From Pseudomonadota bacterium (GTDB taxonomy: Bacteria; Pseudomonadota; Gammaproteobacteria; Steroidobacterales; Steroidobacteraceae), in NCBI GenBank assembly GCA_021816775.1, contig JAKAXA010000002.1, forward strand, positions 121,113 to 185,112: 64,000 nt of DNA. Reading direction: 5' to 3'. A program made the position numbers and the translations under genes. Below are positions 8,759 to 16,025 of this stretch, piece after piece (position 1 is the stretch's first letter; every line of letters begins with the position of its first letter). The notes beneath the pieces are model-generated. The model ran no database searches. It was not told the DNA's origin and worked only from the letters and a program-made list of their open reading frames with translations.

Positions 8759-10361
8759 TCGCCGCCTCCTTCGCGAGCGGCTCGCCGCGCAGGTTGGTGG
8801 TGCGCTCCTTTGCGCCCTTCATCACCAGCGCGTTGCCGAGCAGCTCGTGCACGCCCGCCACCTGCACACCCGACACCCAGTAATCCATCAGCGTCGGCAG
8901 CGTCGCCTTGTCGATGGCGCAGATACAGGCGAGCAGGTTGACGCCGTGCGCCTCGCGCACGTGGCGCACGGCTTCGGCGCGGGGGAAGCCCCCACGCAGG
9001 CGCATTTCCAGGTTCTCGGTGTTGCCCAGCCCGGCGCCGCTGCCGCAGCAGAAGGTGAATTCTCGGATCGTCTTCGCCGGCATCTCGTGAAAGTGGTTGC
9101 AGGTGCGCTTGAGGACGTAGCGCGGCTCTTCCAGGAGCCCCATGGCGCGCGCGGGATTGCAGGAATCATGATAGGTGACGACGTATTCGTCGTTACGCGA
9201 AGGATCGAGCTTGATCTTCTCGTGATAGAGCAGGTCCGCGGTGAACTCGCAGATGTGCACCATCTTGGTGGAGGCAGCGTTCCCGAAGCGCGTACCGGTG
9301 AGCGGCGAGACGGGCACCTCCAGAAAGTCGGCGGGGCCGTTCATCGTGTCCATGTATTGATGCAGCACGCGCCACATGTGCCCGCATTCGCCGCCCAGGA
9401 TCCACTTGACGCCGAGGCGCTTCGCCTCCTCGTAGATCTTGGCATTCAGACGCTTCATCAGATCGTTGGAATGAAACAGACCGAAATTGCCGCCTTCCGA
9501 GGCATAGGCGCTCACCGTGAAATCGAGGCCGATCTCGTGGAACAGCATCATGTAGCCGAGCAGCGTGTAGTAGTGCGGCGTGGCGAAGTAGTCCGCCGAC
9601 GGCATCACAAACAGAATTTCCGCGCCCTTGCGGCTGATCGGGATCTCGACGTCGAGCCCGGTGAGCTCCCGCAGCTCGTCGCGGGCGAAGTCCAGGGCGT
9701 CTTTGAAGGCGTGGGGCGCAATGCCGAGATGGTTGCCGACCCGGTAGCAATTGGCCGCCGGCTCCGTGACCCAGTGCGTGCTCACGCCGATCAGGCTGAG
9801 CAGCTCACGGACGATCATGGTGATCTCGGCGGTGTCGATACCGAACGGACAATAGATCGAGCAGCGGCGGCATTCCGTGCACTGATAGAAGTAATAGAAC
9901 CACTCCTTGACCACGTCCTCGGTCAGCTCCCGAGCGCCCGCCAGCGAACCGAACAGTCGCCCGGAGAGCGTGAAATAGCGCCGGTAAACCGAGCGGATCA
10001 GCTCGGCGCGCGCAAATGGCATATTCTTGGGATCGCCGGAGCCGAGATAGAAATGGCACTTGTCGGCGCAGGCGCCACAGCGCACGCACACATCCATGAA
10101 CAGGCGGAAGGAGCGGTACTTGGCGAGCCGCTCCTGCATGCCGCGCAGAAGAATTCCCTTCCAGTCCGCCGGCAATTGCCAATCGAGGTCGGTAGGTTGC
10201 CATTTGCGCGGATTCGGCAGCCCGAGAGCAATCAGGTCCTTAGGCAGCGACGCGTTGCTGAACGTGCCCCGGCGCAACTCGACGTGTGCATCCCGCCAGT
10301 CGCCCTTCGGCGCGTTCAGCTCGATGTCGATGACGGGTTTATCGGACACGGTCGGCCTCAT
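8751..10361 (-). CDS. dsrK: HdrD-like Fe-S/CCG-domain subunit, DsrK-like
   Basis: Ferredoxin motifs CVRCGACADKC and CTECRRCSIYCP. CCG-type motifs YHDSCNPARAMG and FTFCCGSGAG. 536 aa. Confidence 0.85.
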   Translation of the reverse strand: MRPTVSDKPVIDIELNAPKGDWRDAHVELRRGTFSNASLPKDLIALGLPNPRKWQPTDLDWQLPADWKGILLRGMQERLAKYRSFRLFMDVCVRCGACADKCHFYLGSGDPKNMPFARAELIRSVYRRYFTLSGRLFGSLAGARELTEDVVKEWFYYFYQCTECRRCSIYCPFGIDTAEITMIVRELLSLIGVSTHWVTEPAANCYRVGNHLGIAPHAFKDALDFARDELRELTGLDVEIPISRKGAEILFVMPSADYFATPHYYTLLGYMMLFHEIGLDFTVSAYASEGGNFGLFHSNDLMKRLNAKIYEEAKRLGVKWILGGECGHMWRVLHQYMDTMNGPADFLEVPVSPLTGTRFGNAASTKMVHICEFTADLLYHEKIKLDPSRNDEYVVTYHDSCNPARAMGLLEEPRYVLKRTCNHFHEMPAKTIREFTFCCGSGAGLGNTENLEMRLRGGFPRAEAVRHVREAHGVNLLACICAIDKATLPTLMDYWVSGVQVAGVHELLGNALVMKGAKERTTNLRGEPLAKEAANA

Positions 10362-11343
10362 CGAGCGGCAGTCCGGCGAGTTTCAATTTGTCCGCGTTCG
10401 TGGCTTCCCATTCCGCATAAGTGTTGGTGGGCACGGGGCTGTTCCAGGGATTGATGTGGCGCACACGCCGACTGTTGTTGGCCAGATTGCGAGTCGGGCT
10501 GAGAAACACCCCGCCGAAATGCATCAGCTTCGAGAACGGTAAGTAGATCGCGAGGGTCGACACCAGCAGCAGATGGACCAGAAGCAGCGCACTCGGCGCC
10601 GCGGGAACCACCGGATGAAATGCCGTCAGAGCGAGTGCAAACTCCTTGACCGCCACGATGTTCACCGGCGCAACGTAACGCATGGCGATGCCCGACACAG
10701 CGATGCCGAGCAGCAGCAGCAACGCAAAATAATCGGTGAAGAGCGACATATAGCGCAGCAGCGGATTGACGAGCCGCCGACCCAGCAGGTAGATCAACGC
10801 CACGACGACGAGCACATCCGTGATGAGCAAAGCAGGTGCACCGATCCGCAGGAAGCCGTCGAGCGCATCGAGCGGCGGCACGAAGAACGGCGTCGGCAGA
10901 AGCACGAAGCGCAGGTGCCGCAAGAGAATTACGAGCAGCGACCAGTGCAGCACTAGTGATGCCAGCCACAGTAGACGCGCCTCGGAAAGCACGAGTCGCC
11001 CCGCCGCGACGTGCGTGCGGCTGTTGCGCAACAGCGAACGGAACACCAGCGCCTCGATCGCTACGCGGATCGCCGCCATGACCCTGTTGTCGGGATTATC
11101 GATGGGCGCGGTGCGAATCCAGGGGAGCGAGCGCTGCTGACCGCAGGTGGTGGGAATGCGATACGGCACCGGGCTCGCCGCCCACCACCAGACTCGCCAG
11201 GCGATCCCGACGCTGAGCGTGAGAAACGCAAAGTAGGGAAGCACCACGGTGATGGCGGCTGTGCCGCCCGGGACCGCGCCCGCAGATGCGCCGGCCATCG
11301 CGAGGAAAACAACGGCGGCAGCGGCGGCGATGAGCGCCTTCAT
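10339..11343 (-). CDS. dsrM: NarI-like dihaem b membrane subunit, DsrM-like
   Basis: 334 aa, five to six helices with conserved His (LVLHWSLL, LLVHLLLV), and a C-terminal cytoplasmic tail. Position immediately upstream of the dsrK-like gene. Confidence 0.75.
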   Translation of the reverse strand: MKALIAAAAAVVFLAMAGASAGAVPGGTAAITVVLPYFAFLTLSVGIAWRVWWWAASPVPYRIPTTCGQQRSLPWIRTAPIDNPDNRVMAAIRVAIEALVFRSLLRNSRTHVAAGRLVLSEARLLWLASLVLHWSLLVILLRHLRFVLLPTPFFVPPLDALDGFLRIGAPALLITDVLVVVALIYLLGRRLVNPLLRYMSLFTDYFALLLLLGIAVSGIAMRYVAPVNIVAVKEFALALTAFHPVVPAAPSALLLVHLLLVSTLAIYLPFSKLMHFGGVFLSPTRNLANNSRRVRHINPWNSPVPTNTYAEWEATNADKLKLAGLPLDEADRVR

Positions 11344-11807
11344 GCCGGCGCACCACCGCGCTGAACGGCGCGCCGGCGAGCGACGCCGATGGCACGAAGC
11401 TGCTCGTTCAGTCTGAGATCGGCGAGACGCTCACGGCAGGCGAGATATTGCGTGAAGGCCGAAATCGCGAGGCGGTCGATGCGCGCCTCGGTCTCGGCCG
11501 GCTGCATCTGCGGGGCCTCGTCACGCACGATACCGCGCAGCCGAAAGACGAATCCGACTGCGCGCTCCACCGAGAGGTCTTGGATCGCGCGCAGCGCCAT
11601 GATCTCGGCGAATGCCGCATCGATGGCGGCCTCATCCATCGCACCAAAGAACTCACGCACCAGTGCCGCGAGATTCCTGCGCAGTGCATGACCGATGGGA
11701 TTGAGGAAAGGATCGCGCTCGGTGAGCGTCCGCTCGGCAATCAGCCCGCCAAAGACCGTGGCCGCCGCGGCAAGCCAACGCTCCTCGACGGTGGCCCGCA
11801 CGGCCAT
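11340..11807 (-). CDS. Hypothetical 155-aa protein in the dsrT position (between dsrC and dsrM)
   Basis: ATGA stop/start overlap with the dsrM-like gene. High GC3. All-helical-looking sequence with no motif I can name. The DsrT assignment is positional only. Confidence 0.55.
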   Translation of the reverse strand: MAVRATVEERWLAAAATVFGGLIAERTLTERDPFLNPIGHALRRNLAALVREFFGAMDEAAIDAAFAEIMALRAIQDLSVERAVGFVFRLRGIVRDEAPQMQPAETEARIDRLAISAFTQYLACRERLADLRLNEQLRAIGVARRRAVQRGGAPA

Positions 11808-11812
11808 TGGTC

Positions 11813-12130
11813 CTACACGCAGCCGGTTGGCTTCGCGAGGCCTGCTACCTTGCAGGTGCCCTTGGCTGGGCCCGAGCGGAACAACTGATAGATGTGATCG
11901 AGGTCCATCTTGTTGTCGCGACAGACCTTGCGCACCATCGGCGCGACTCCGTACGAATAGAAATAATTGCGAATGTAGTTGATCAACTGCCAGTGCTCTG
12001 GGTTCAGTTCGGTGATTCCCTCAGTCAGCGCGAGGTCACGCGCGACGTCCTCGGTCCAGAGCTCCGGCTCCTGAAGGAACCCATCGTCGTCTACTTCGTA
12101 AGTGCGGTCTTCAACCTTGTAAGTGGGCAT
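11813..12130 (-). CDS. dsrC: DsrC (DsrC/TusE family with both redox-active C-terminal cysteines)
   Basis: 105 aa. C-terminus is GPAKGTCKVAGLAKPTGCV, the DsrC-type arm with CysB and penultimate CysA. GGGGAG lies 6 nt upstream of the ATG. Confidence 0.9.
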   Translation of the reverse strand: MPTYKVEDRTYEVDDDGFLQEPELWTEDVARDLALTEGITELNPEHWQLINYIRNYFYSYGVAPMVRKVCRDNKMDLDHIYQLFRSGPAKGTCKVAGLAKPTGCV

Positions 12131-12182
12131 TGCCGACTCCCCTCTGCCGAGACCCGTGTCTTATATGGTCACACTGTGTACG

Positions 12183-12210
12183 ATACTATCATTATGTCCT
12201 CGGGAGTCAA
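12183..12210 (-). promoter_or_regulatory. Candidate sigma70 promoter for the dsrC operon (TTGACT-N16-TAGTAT on minus strand)
   Basis: Read by eye on the minus strand: TTGACT is the reverse complement of 12205-12210 and TAGTAT of 12183-12188. About 55 nt upstream of the dsrC ATG, in the only AT-rich patch of the 350-bp intergenic region. Confidence 0.3.
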
Positions 12211-12479
12211 GACGACACGGGTGGTGCACGGCTGTGAGGGGATTCACGCATCCGCACAAGCATGGCCATGATCGAATCGGCACCCGCTGCCGGCTCAGCG
12301 AATCTTCTGGGCTCATACCGCATCATCCCCGCTGACCTCGCACCCGCGGCGATTGACGATTGTCATTGTTTTGCAGGCTGCACCGCCCGGCGGCTATAGC
12401 GGCTGGCGTACCGGTGTCTACGGCCGTTCTCAGCCCGCCAAGGCGGCCAAAGCGATGCCTCGGGCGAGTCGCGCGAATC

Positions 12480-13331
12480 CTAGTCGCCGCCTGCGCTTGC
12501 CGGTTCCAGCACAATGGCGCCCAGATCCATGTCGTGATGCGCACCGACGGCGATTTCCCTTGGCCGATAGCCCGGCGCGCAGATGCGCAGCACATAACTG
12601 GCACCCGCCTCGAGTGCCTCAAAGGCGAAATCGCCGTACGCATCGGTTACGCCATCGAGCGAGTTCGCTCCATCGTGAAGTGACACGCATACGCCGGCGG
12701 CGGGCTCGCTCATTCGGTCCGCGAAAGCGATCTCGCCCGAAACGAACCGCTTCGGCAGCCCGAGGTAGCGCACGGCGGGCTTCGCGTTGAACTGCGGATG
12801 CAGTTCCTCGGTCGCACGGCCCTTCAGCAGCTGTGAAATTCTGCTGGTCGGATCATCCAGATCGCCGAACACCAATGCCTCGGTCGGGCACGCTTCGACG
12901 CAGCGCGGCTCCTTCCAGCCCTGATCGAGCAGATGGGCACAGAAGGTGCATTTCTGGGCCACTCCCTCCGCTGCATTCCAATAGATCGCTTGGAACGGAC
13001 AGCAGGAGACGATCTCCGGGTGTCCCTTCGCCTTATCCGGATCGATGAGAATGATGCCGTCGTCCCGGCGATAGAGAGCGCCGTTAGGCGCGCGCGACAG
13101 GCAGGTGGCGTCCTTGCACTGCTGGCAGGGCAGCGCCACGTAATCCACCCGCACGCGCGGGAACTTGCCGCGCTCGTGCTCCAGGACGGTGATCCATTTG
13201 TGCCCGCTCTCGGGCTGCGGCGCGGCGATGGGGCGATGATCGTTGCCCACGTGCTCGTCGCGACAGGCGAGAAAGCAATTGTAGCAGCCCGTACAGCGAC
13301 TGACATCGATGACCATTCCGTACGTCGTCAT
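12480..13331 (-). CDS. Fe-S subunit of transhydroxylase/resorcinol-hydroxylase type (BthL-like)
   Basis: ORF trimmed to ATG 13331 (GGAG 6 nt upstream, 10 nt after the athL-like stop). MVIDVSRCTGCYNCFLACRDEH and further Cys clusters. C-terminal beta-rich domain (GVCVSLHDG...YGDFAFEALEAGASYVLRI) as in BthL. Confidence 0.85.
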   Translation of the reverse strand: MTTYGMVIDVSRCTGCYNCFLACRDEHVGNDHRPIAAPQPESGHKWITVLEHERGKFPRVRVDYVALPCQQCKDATCLSRAPNGALYRRDDGIILIDPDKAKGHPEIVSCCPFQAIYWNAAEGVAQKCTFCAHLLDQGWKEPRCVEACPTEALVFGDLDDPTSRISQLLKGRATEELHPQFNAKPAVRYLGLPKRFVSGEIAFADRMSEPAAGVCVSLHDGANSLDGVTDAYGDFAFEALEAGASYVLRICAPGYRPREIAVGAHHDMDLGAIVLEPASAGGD

Positions 13332-13341
13332 GACTTGCTCC

Positions 13342-15861
13342 TCAACCCATCCATTTCTCGACATCGATGAGGCACGAGTTCGAGGCCATGCCGGGCACGT
13401 TCTGCGACATCTGCCGCCCGGGGGTCAGCATGGCCACGCACCCGGCGCGGTCGGGCGAGCGCGGATTGCCCGGCTGCAGCGGGTCGTACTTGCCGGCCGA
13501 GGCATAGGAGTGCACGACGCCTGGGCGCACACGCTCGGTCACCTGGGCGATGCACAGAACCGAGGCGCGGTCGTTGTACAGGCGGATGATGTCGCCCGAG
13601 CGGATGTAGCGGGCGGTGGCGTCCTCAGGATGCAGCCGCGCCGGCCACCAGGCATGACCGTCCTTGACGATGCGGTGCACGGGCACGTCGTTGAGCCAGG
13701 CGGTGTGGCCGTCATAATGGGTGTGGAAAGTGAAGCGCGGATGGGGCGATATGAGCTGCAACGGATAGATTGTCGCCGCTTCGCAGCGATGCCCCTCCCA
13801 GCTCGGAATGTAGCGCGGCGAAACCGGCCGCTCCTCGTCCCGGGGCGCCATGCGGCGCAGGCTCTCGGAGGCGAATTCGATCTTCCCGCTCTCAGTGCCG
13901 AGTTCATTCGCCTTCGCGGTGGCGCGCTTAAAGTTGTTGGGATCGGGCGTATCGCAGGGCCGGCCTTCGGCGAACCAGCGCAACGCGGGGGTGGATTTGT
14001 AATCCTCCGGCACGTTGATGACGTAATAGCCCTTGCGGTCGAACTCCTCCCAGGAAATGTATTTCGGCAGATCGGAGATCTCGAAGAACTTGCGCGCCCA
14101 GTCCAGATCGCTGTTGCCTTCGGTGTAATCCGCATTGAAGCCCAGCTTCCCAGCTAGCTCGCTGAAGATCTGGTAGTCGGATTTCGATTCCCACAGCGGC
14201 TCGATCGCCTTCTTCAGCCGCACCACGACCCGATAGTTGCAGCCGCTGCTGCCGCCCTTGGTCTGGCCGCCCGGCTCGCCGAACTCGCCGATGTCGTCGC
14301 GCTCGAGCGAGGTGCACGCGGGCAGAATGATGTCCGCATGGGCGGTCTCGGTAGACCACCAGCAATCCTGATTGACCACGCATTCAAGCTTCGGGCTCTG
14401 ATACATGCGCACCCACTTGCTGGTGTCGGTCATGGTGCTCATGAACGAGCCGCCGTAGCGGTAAAACATCCTGACCTCGGAACAGCCCTCCATCGGATAG
14501 GTGAAGGGGATGAACTGCTGCTGGAAATTCCTGTTGCAGAACCCGACACCATTCCAGTGCACCGGCGGATCGAGAATCGCGTCCGGCAGGGTGAGGCGGT
14601 AGAGCTTCTGCGGCACCTTGTTCTCGGGAATCCTGCGCGCCACTTTGGTGGAGGTTGCAATGCGTCCCTCCAGGTCGCCGTAGCCTGGGAACCAGACCTT
14701 GCTGTTCCACGGCGCACCCATGCTGGTGCCCCAGATGGAAATACCCGGGTTGCCGAGCCCCTGCATCGCCTGCAGTAGCACCATGAGCCGCGCCCACTCG
14801 GTAGCATAGGCGCCGCGGCACGCCCCACCCTCGCCGCCGCGGCAGCCGGCTGAGAGCACCGTGCGCTTCGAGGCCCAGTCGCGCGCCAGCGCCACGATCT
14901 TGCGCGCCGGCACGGCCGATTCCGCCTCGGCCCAATTCGGCGTCTTGGGCACGCCATCTGTGACGCCTTTGACGTAATCGCGAAACTCATCGAAGCCGAC
15001 GGTCCGGTCGGCGACATATCGCTTGTCGTACGTGCCTTCGCTCACCCACACATAGGCAATGGCGAGCGCCACGGCGGCATCGGTACCCGGGCGCGGCGCC
15101 AGCCATTTCCCTTTCATTGCGGCCGCGGTGTAGTTGTAGAAGGGATCGACGAAAGTCATCGCCACACCCTTGTCCTTCAGCCACTGCCGCCAGATCGCCG
15201 CGTCGCTGCCGTCATAGACCGCACGGGTCGTATCCGGATCGTTCGACCAGAAAACGATCATCTCGGCATGCTGCAGAGCGTCTTCCAGCATGTCGTAGGG
15301 CTCGGGCATGCCGAGGCGCCAGATGAAACCGTAGGAATGCGTGGCGCCCCAGTGCCAGCCCTCCCAGCTGTCAGGGTTATCGAACACCTGGGTGTAGCCG
15401 AGGAAGTTGAAAAAGCGCGAGAAGGCACTCATTTTGTAGCCGACGAGGCCCCAATTGTGGTGCGATGAGGTCATGGCCGCGAGCGCCGAGGGGCCGTAGG
15501 TTGCCTGCACCCGCTGGATCTCGCTCGCGACGATGCTGAGCGCTTCCTCCCAGGAAATGCGCACATAGCCCGACTTGCCGCGGTTCTGCGGATTGCGCTC
15601 GCCGTTCGGATCGAAATCCACCCGCCTCATGGGGTAGCGAATGCGGTCATCCGAATAGAGCCGGTTGCGCTCGGCATGAACGTACGGCGCGAGCGTCACC
15701 TTCTTGGGCGGAGAGTAGGACTTGCCGTCGGCTTTGATGGTCCAGGGTGCGAGGTCGCCCTCCTCCATCACCAGCGGTCGCACGCGCACCACCCGGCCGT
15801 CCTTCACCTCGACGGTGATCGGTCCGCAATTGGTGCAACTGGTAAAGCTCTGTGTCGGCAC
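13342..15861 (-). CDS. AthL-like Mo-bisPGD hydroxylase/transhydroxylase large subunit, paralog C
   Basis: 839 aa. RIRYPMRRVDFDPNGERNPQNRGKSGYVRISWEEA, SSHHNWG, NPDSWEGWHWG, WSNDPDTT, ILPACTSLERDD, LISPHPRFTFHT; ends SCLIDVEKWMG. No Tat signal. Confidence 0.9.
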   Translation of the reverse strand: MPTQSFTSCTNCGPITVEVKDGRVVRVRPLVMEEGDLAPWTIKADGKSYSPPKKVTLAPYVHAERNRLYSDDRIRYPMRRVDFDPNGERNPQNRGKSGYVRISWEEALSIVASEIQRVQATYGPSALAAMTSSHHNWGLVGYKMSAFSRFFNFLGYTQVFDNPDSWEGWHWGATHSYGFIWRLGMPEPYDMLEDALQHAEMIVFWSNDPDTTRAVYDGSDAAIWRQWLKDKGVAMTFVDPFYNYTAAAMKGKWLAPRPGTDAAVALAIAYVWVSEGTYDKRYVADRTVGFDEFRDYVKGVTDGVPKTPNWAEAESAVPARKIVALARDWASKRTVLSAGCRGGEGGACRGAYATEWARLMVLLQAMQGLGNPGISIWGTSMGAPWNSKVWFPGYGDLEGRIATSTKVARRIPENKVPQKLYRLTLPDAILDPPVHWNGVGFCNRNFQQQFIPFTYPMEGCSEVRMFYRYGGSFMSTMTDTSKWVRMYQSPKLECVVNQDCWWSTETAHADIILPACTSLERDDIGEFGEPGGQTKGGSSGCNYRVVVRLKKAIEPLWESKSDYQIFSELAGKLGFNADYTEGNSDLDWARKFFEISDLPKYISWEEFDRKGYYVINVPEDYKSTPALRWFAEGRPCDTPDPNNFKRATAKANELGTESGKIEFASESLRRMAPRDEERPVSPRYIPSWEGHRCEAATIYPLQLISPHPRFTFHTHYDGHTAWLNDVPVHRIVKDGHAWWPARLHPEDATARYIRSGDIIRLYNDRASVLCIAQVTERVRPGVVHSYASAGKYDPLQPGNPRSPDRAGCVAMLTPGRQMSQNVPGMASNSCLIDVEKWMG

Positions 15862-16025
15862 GGTCGTGCTCCTTACCCACGTCTCGGCAGGGCCGGGTGC
15901 CCCTTCCCCAAGTGGAATATTTTCTCACGAAGCGCTCCCAGACCGTGTCACAAGGGATTGTTACTTGCTGCCTTCAGGGGGCGGGCGGAGGATTAGGACT
16001 TGGTTTCATCTGCCCGACACGCGCG

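Noticed and set aside
15954-15969. Sigma54-like element GGGATTGTTACTTGCT (GG-N10-GC spacing, TTGCT at -12) about 57 nt upstream of the AthL-like gene at 16026.
   Set aside because: The -24 half is poor (AGGGAT versus TGGCAC). No enhancer-binding protein gene is present in the window, and the neighbouring regulator is LysR-type. It may be a chance match.
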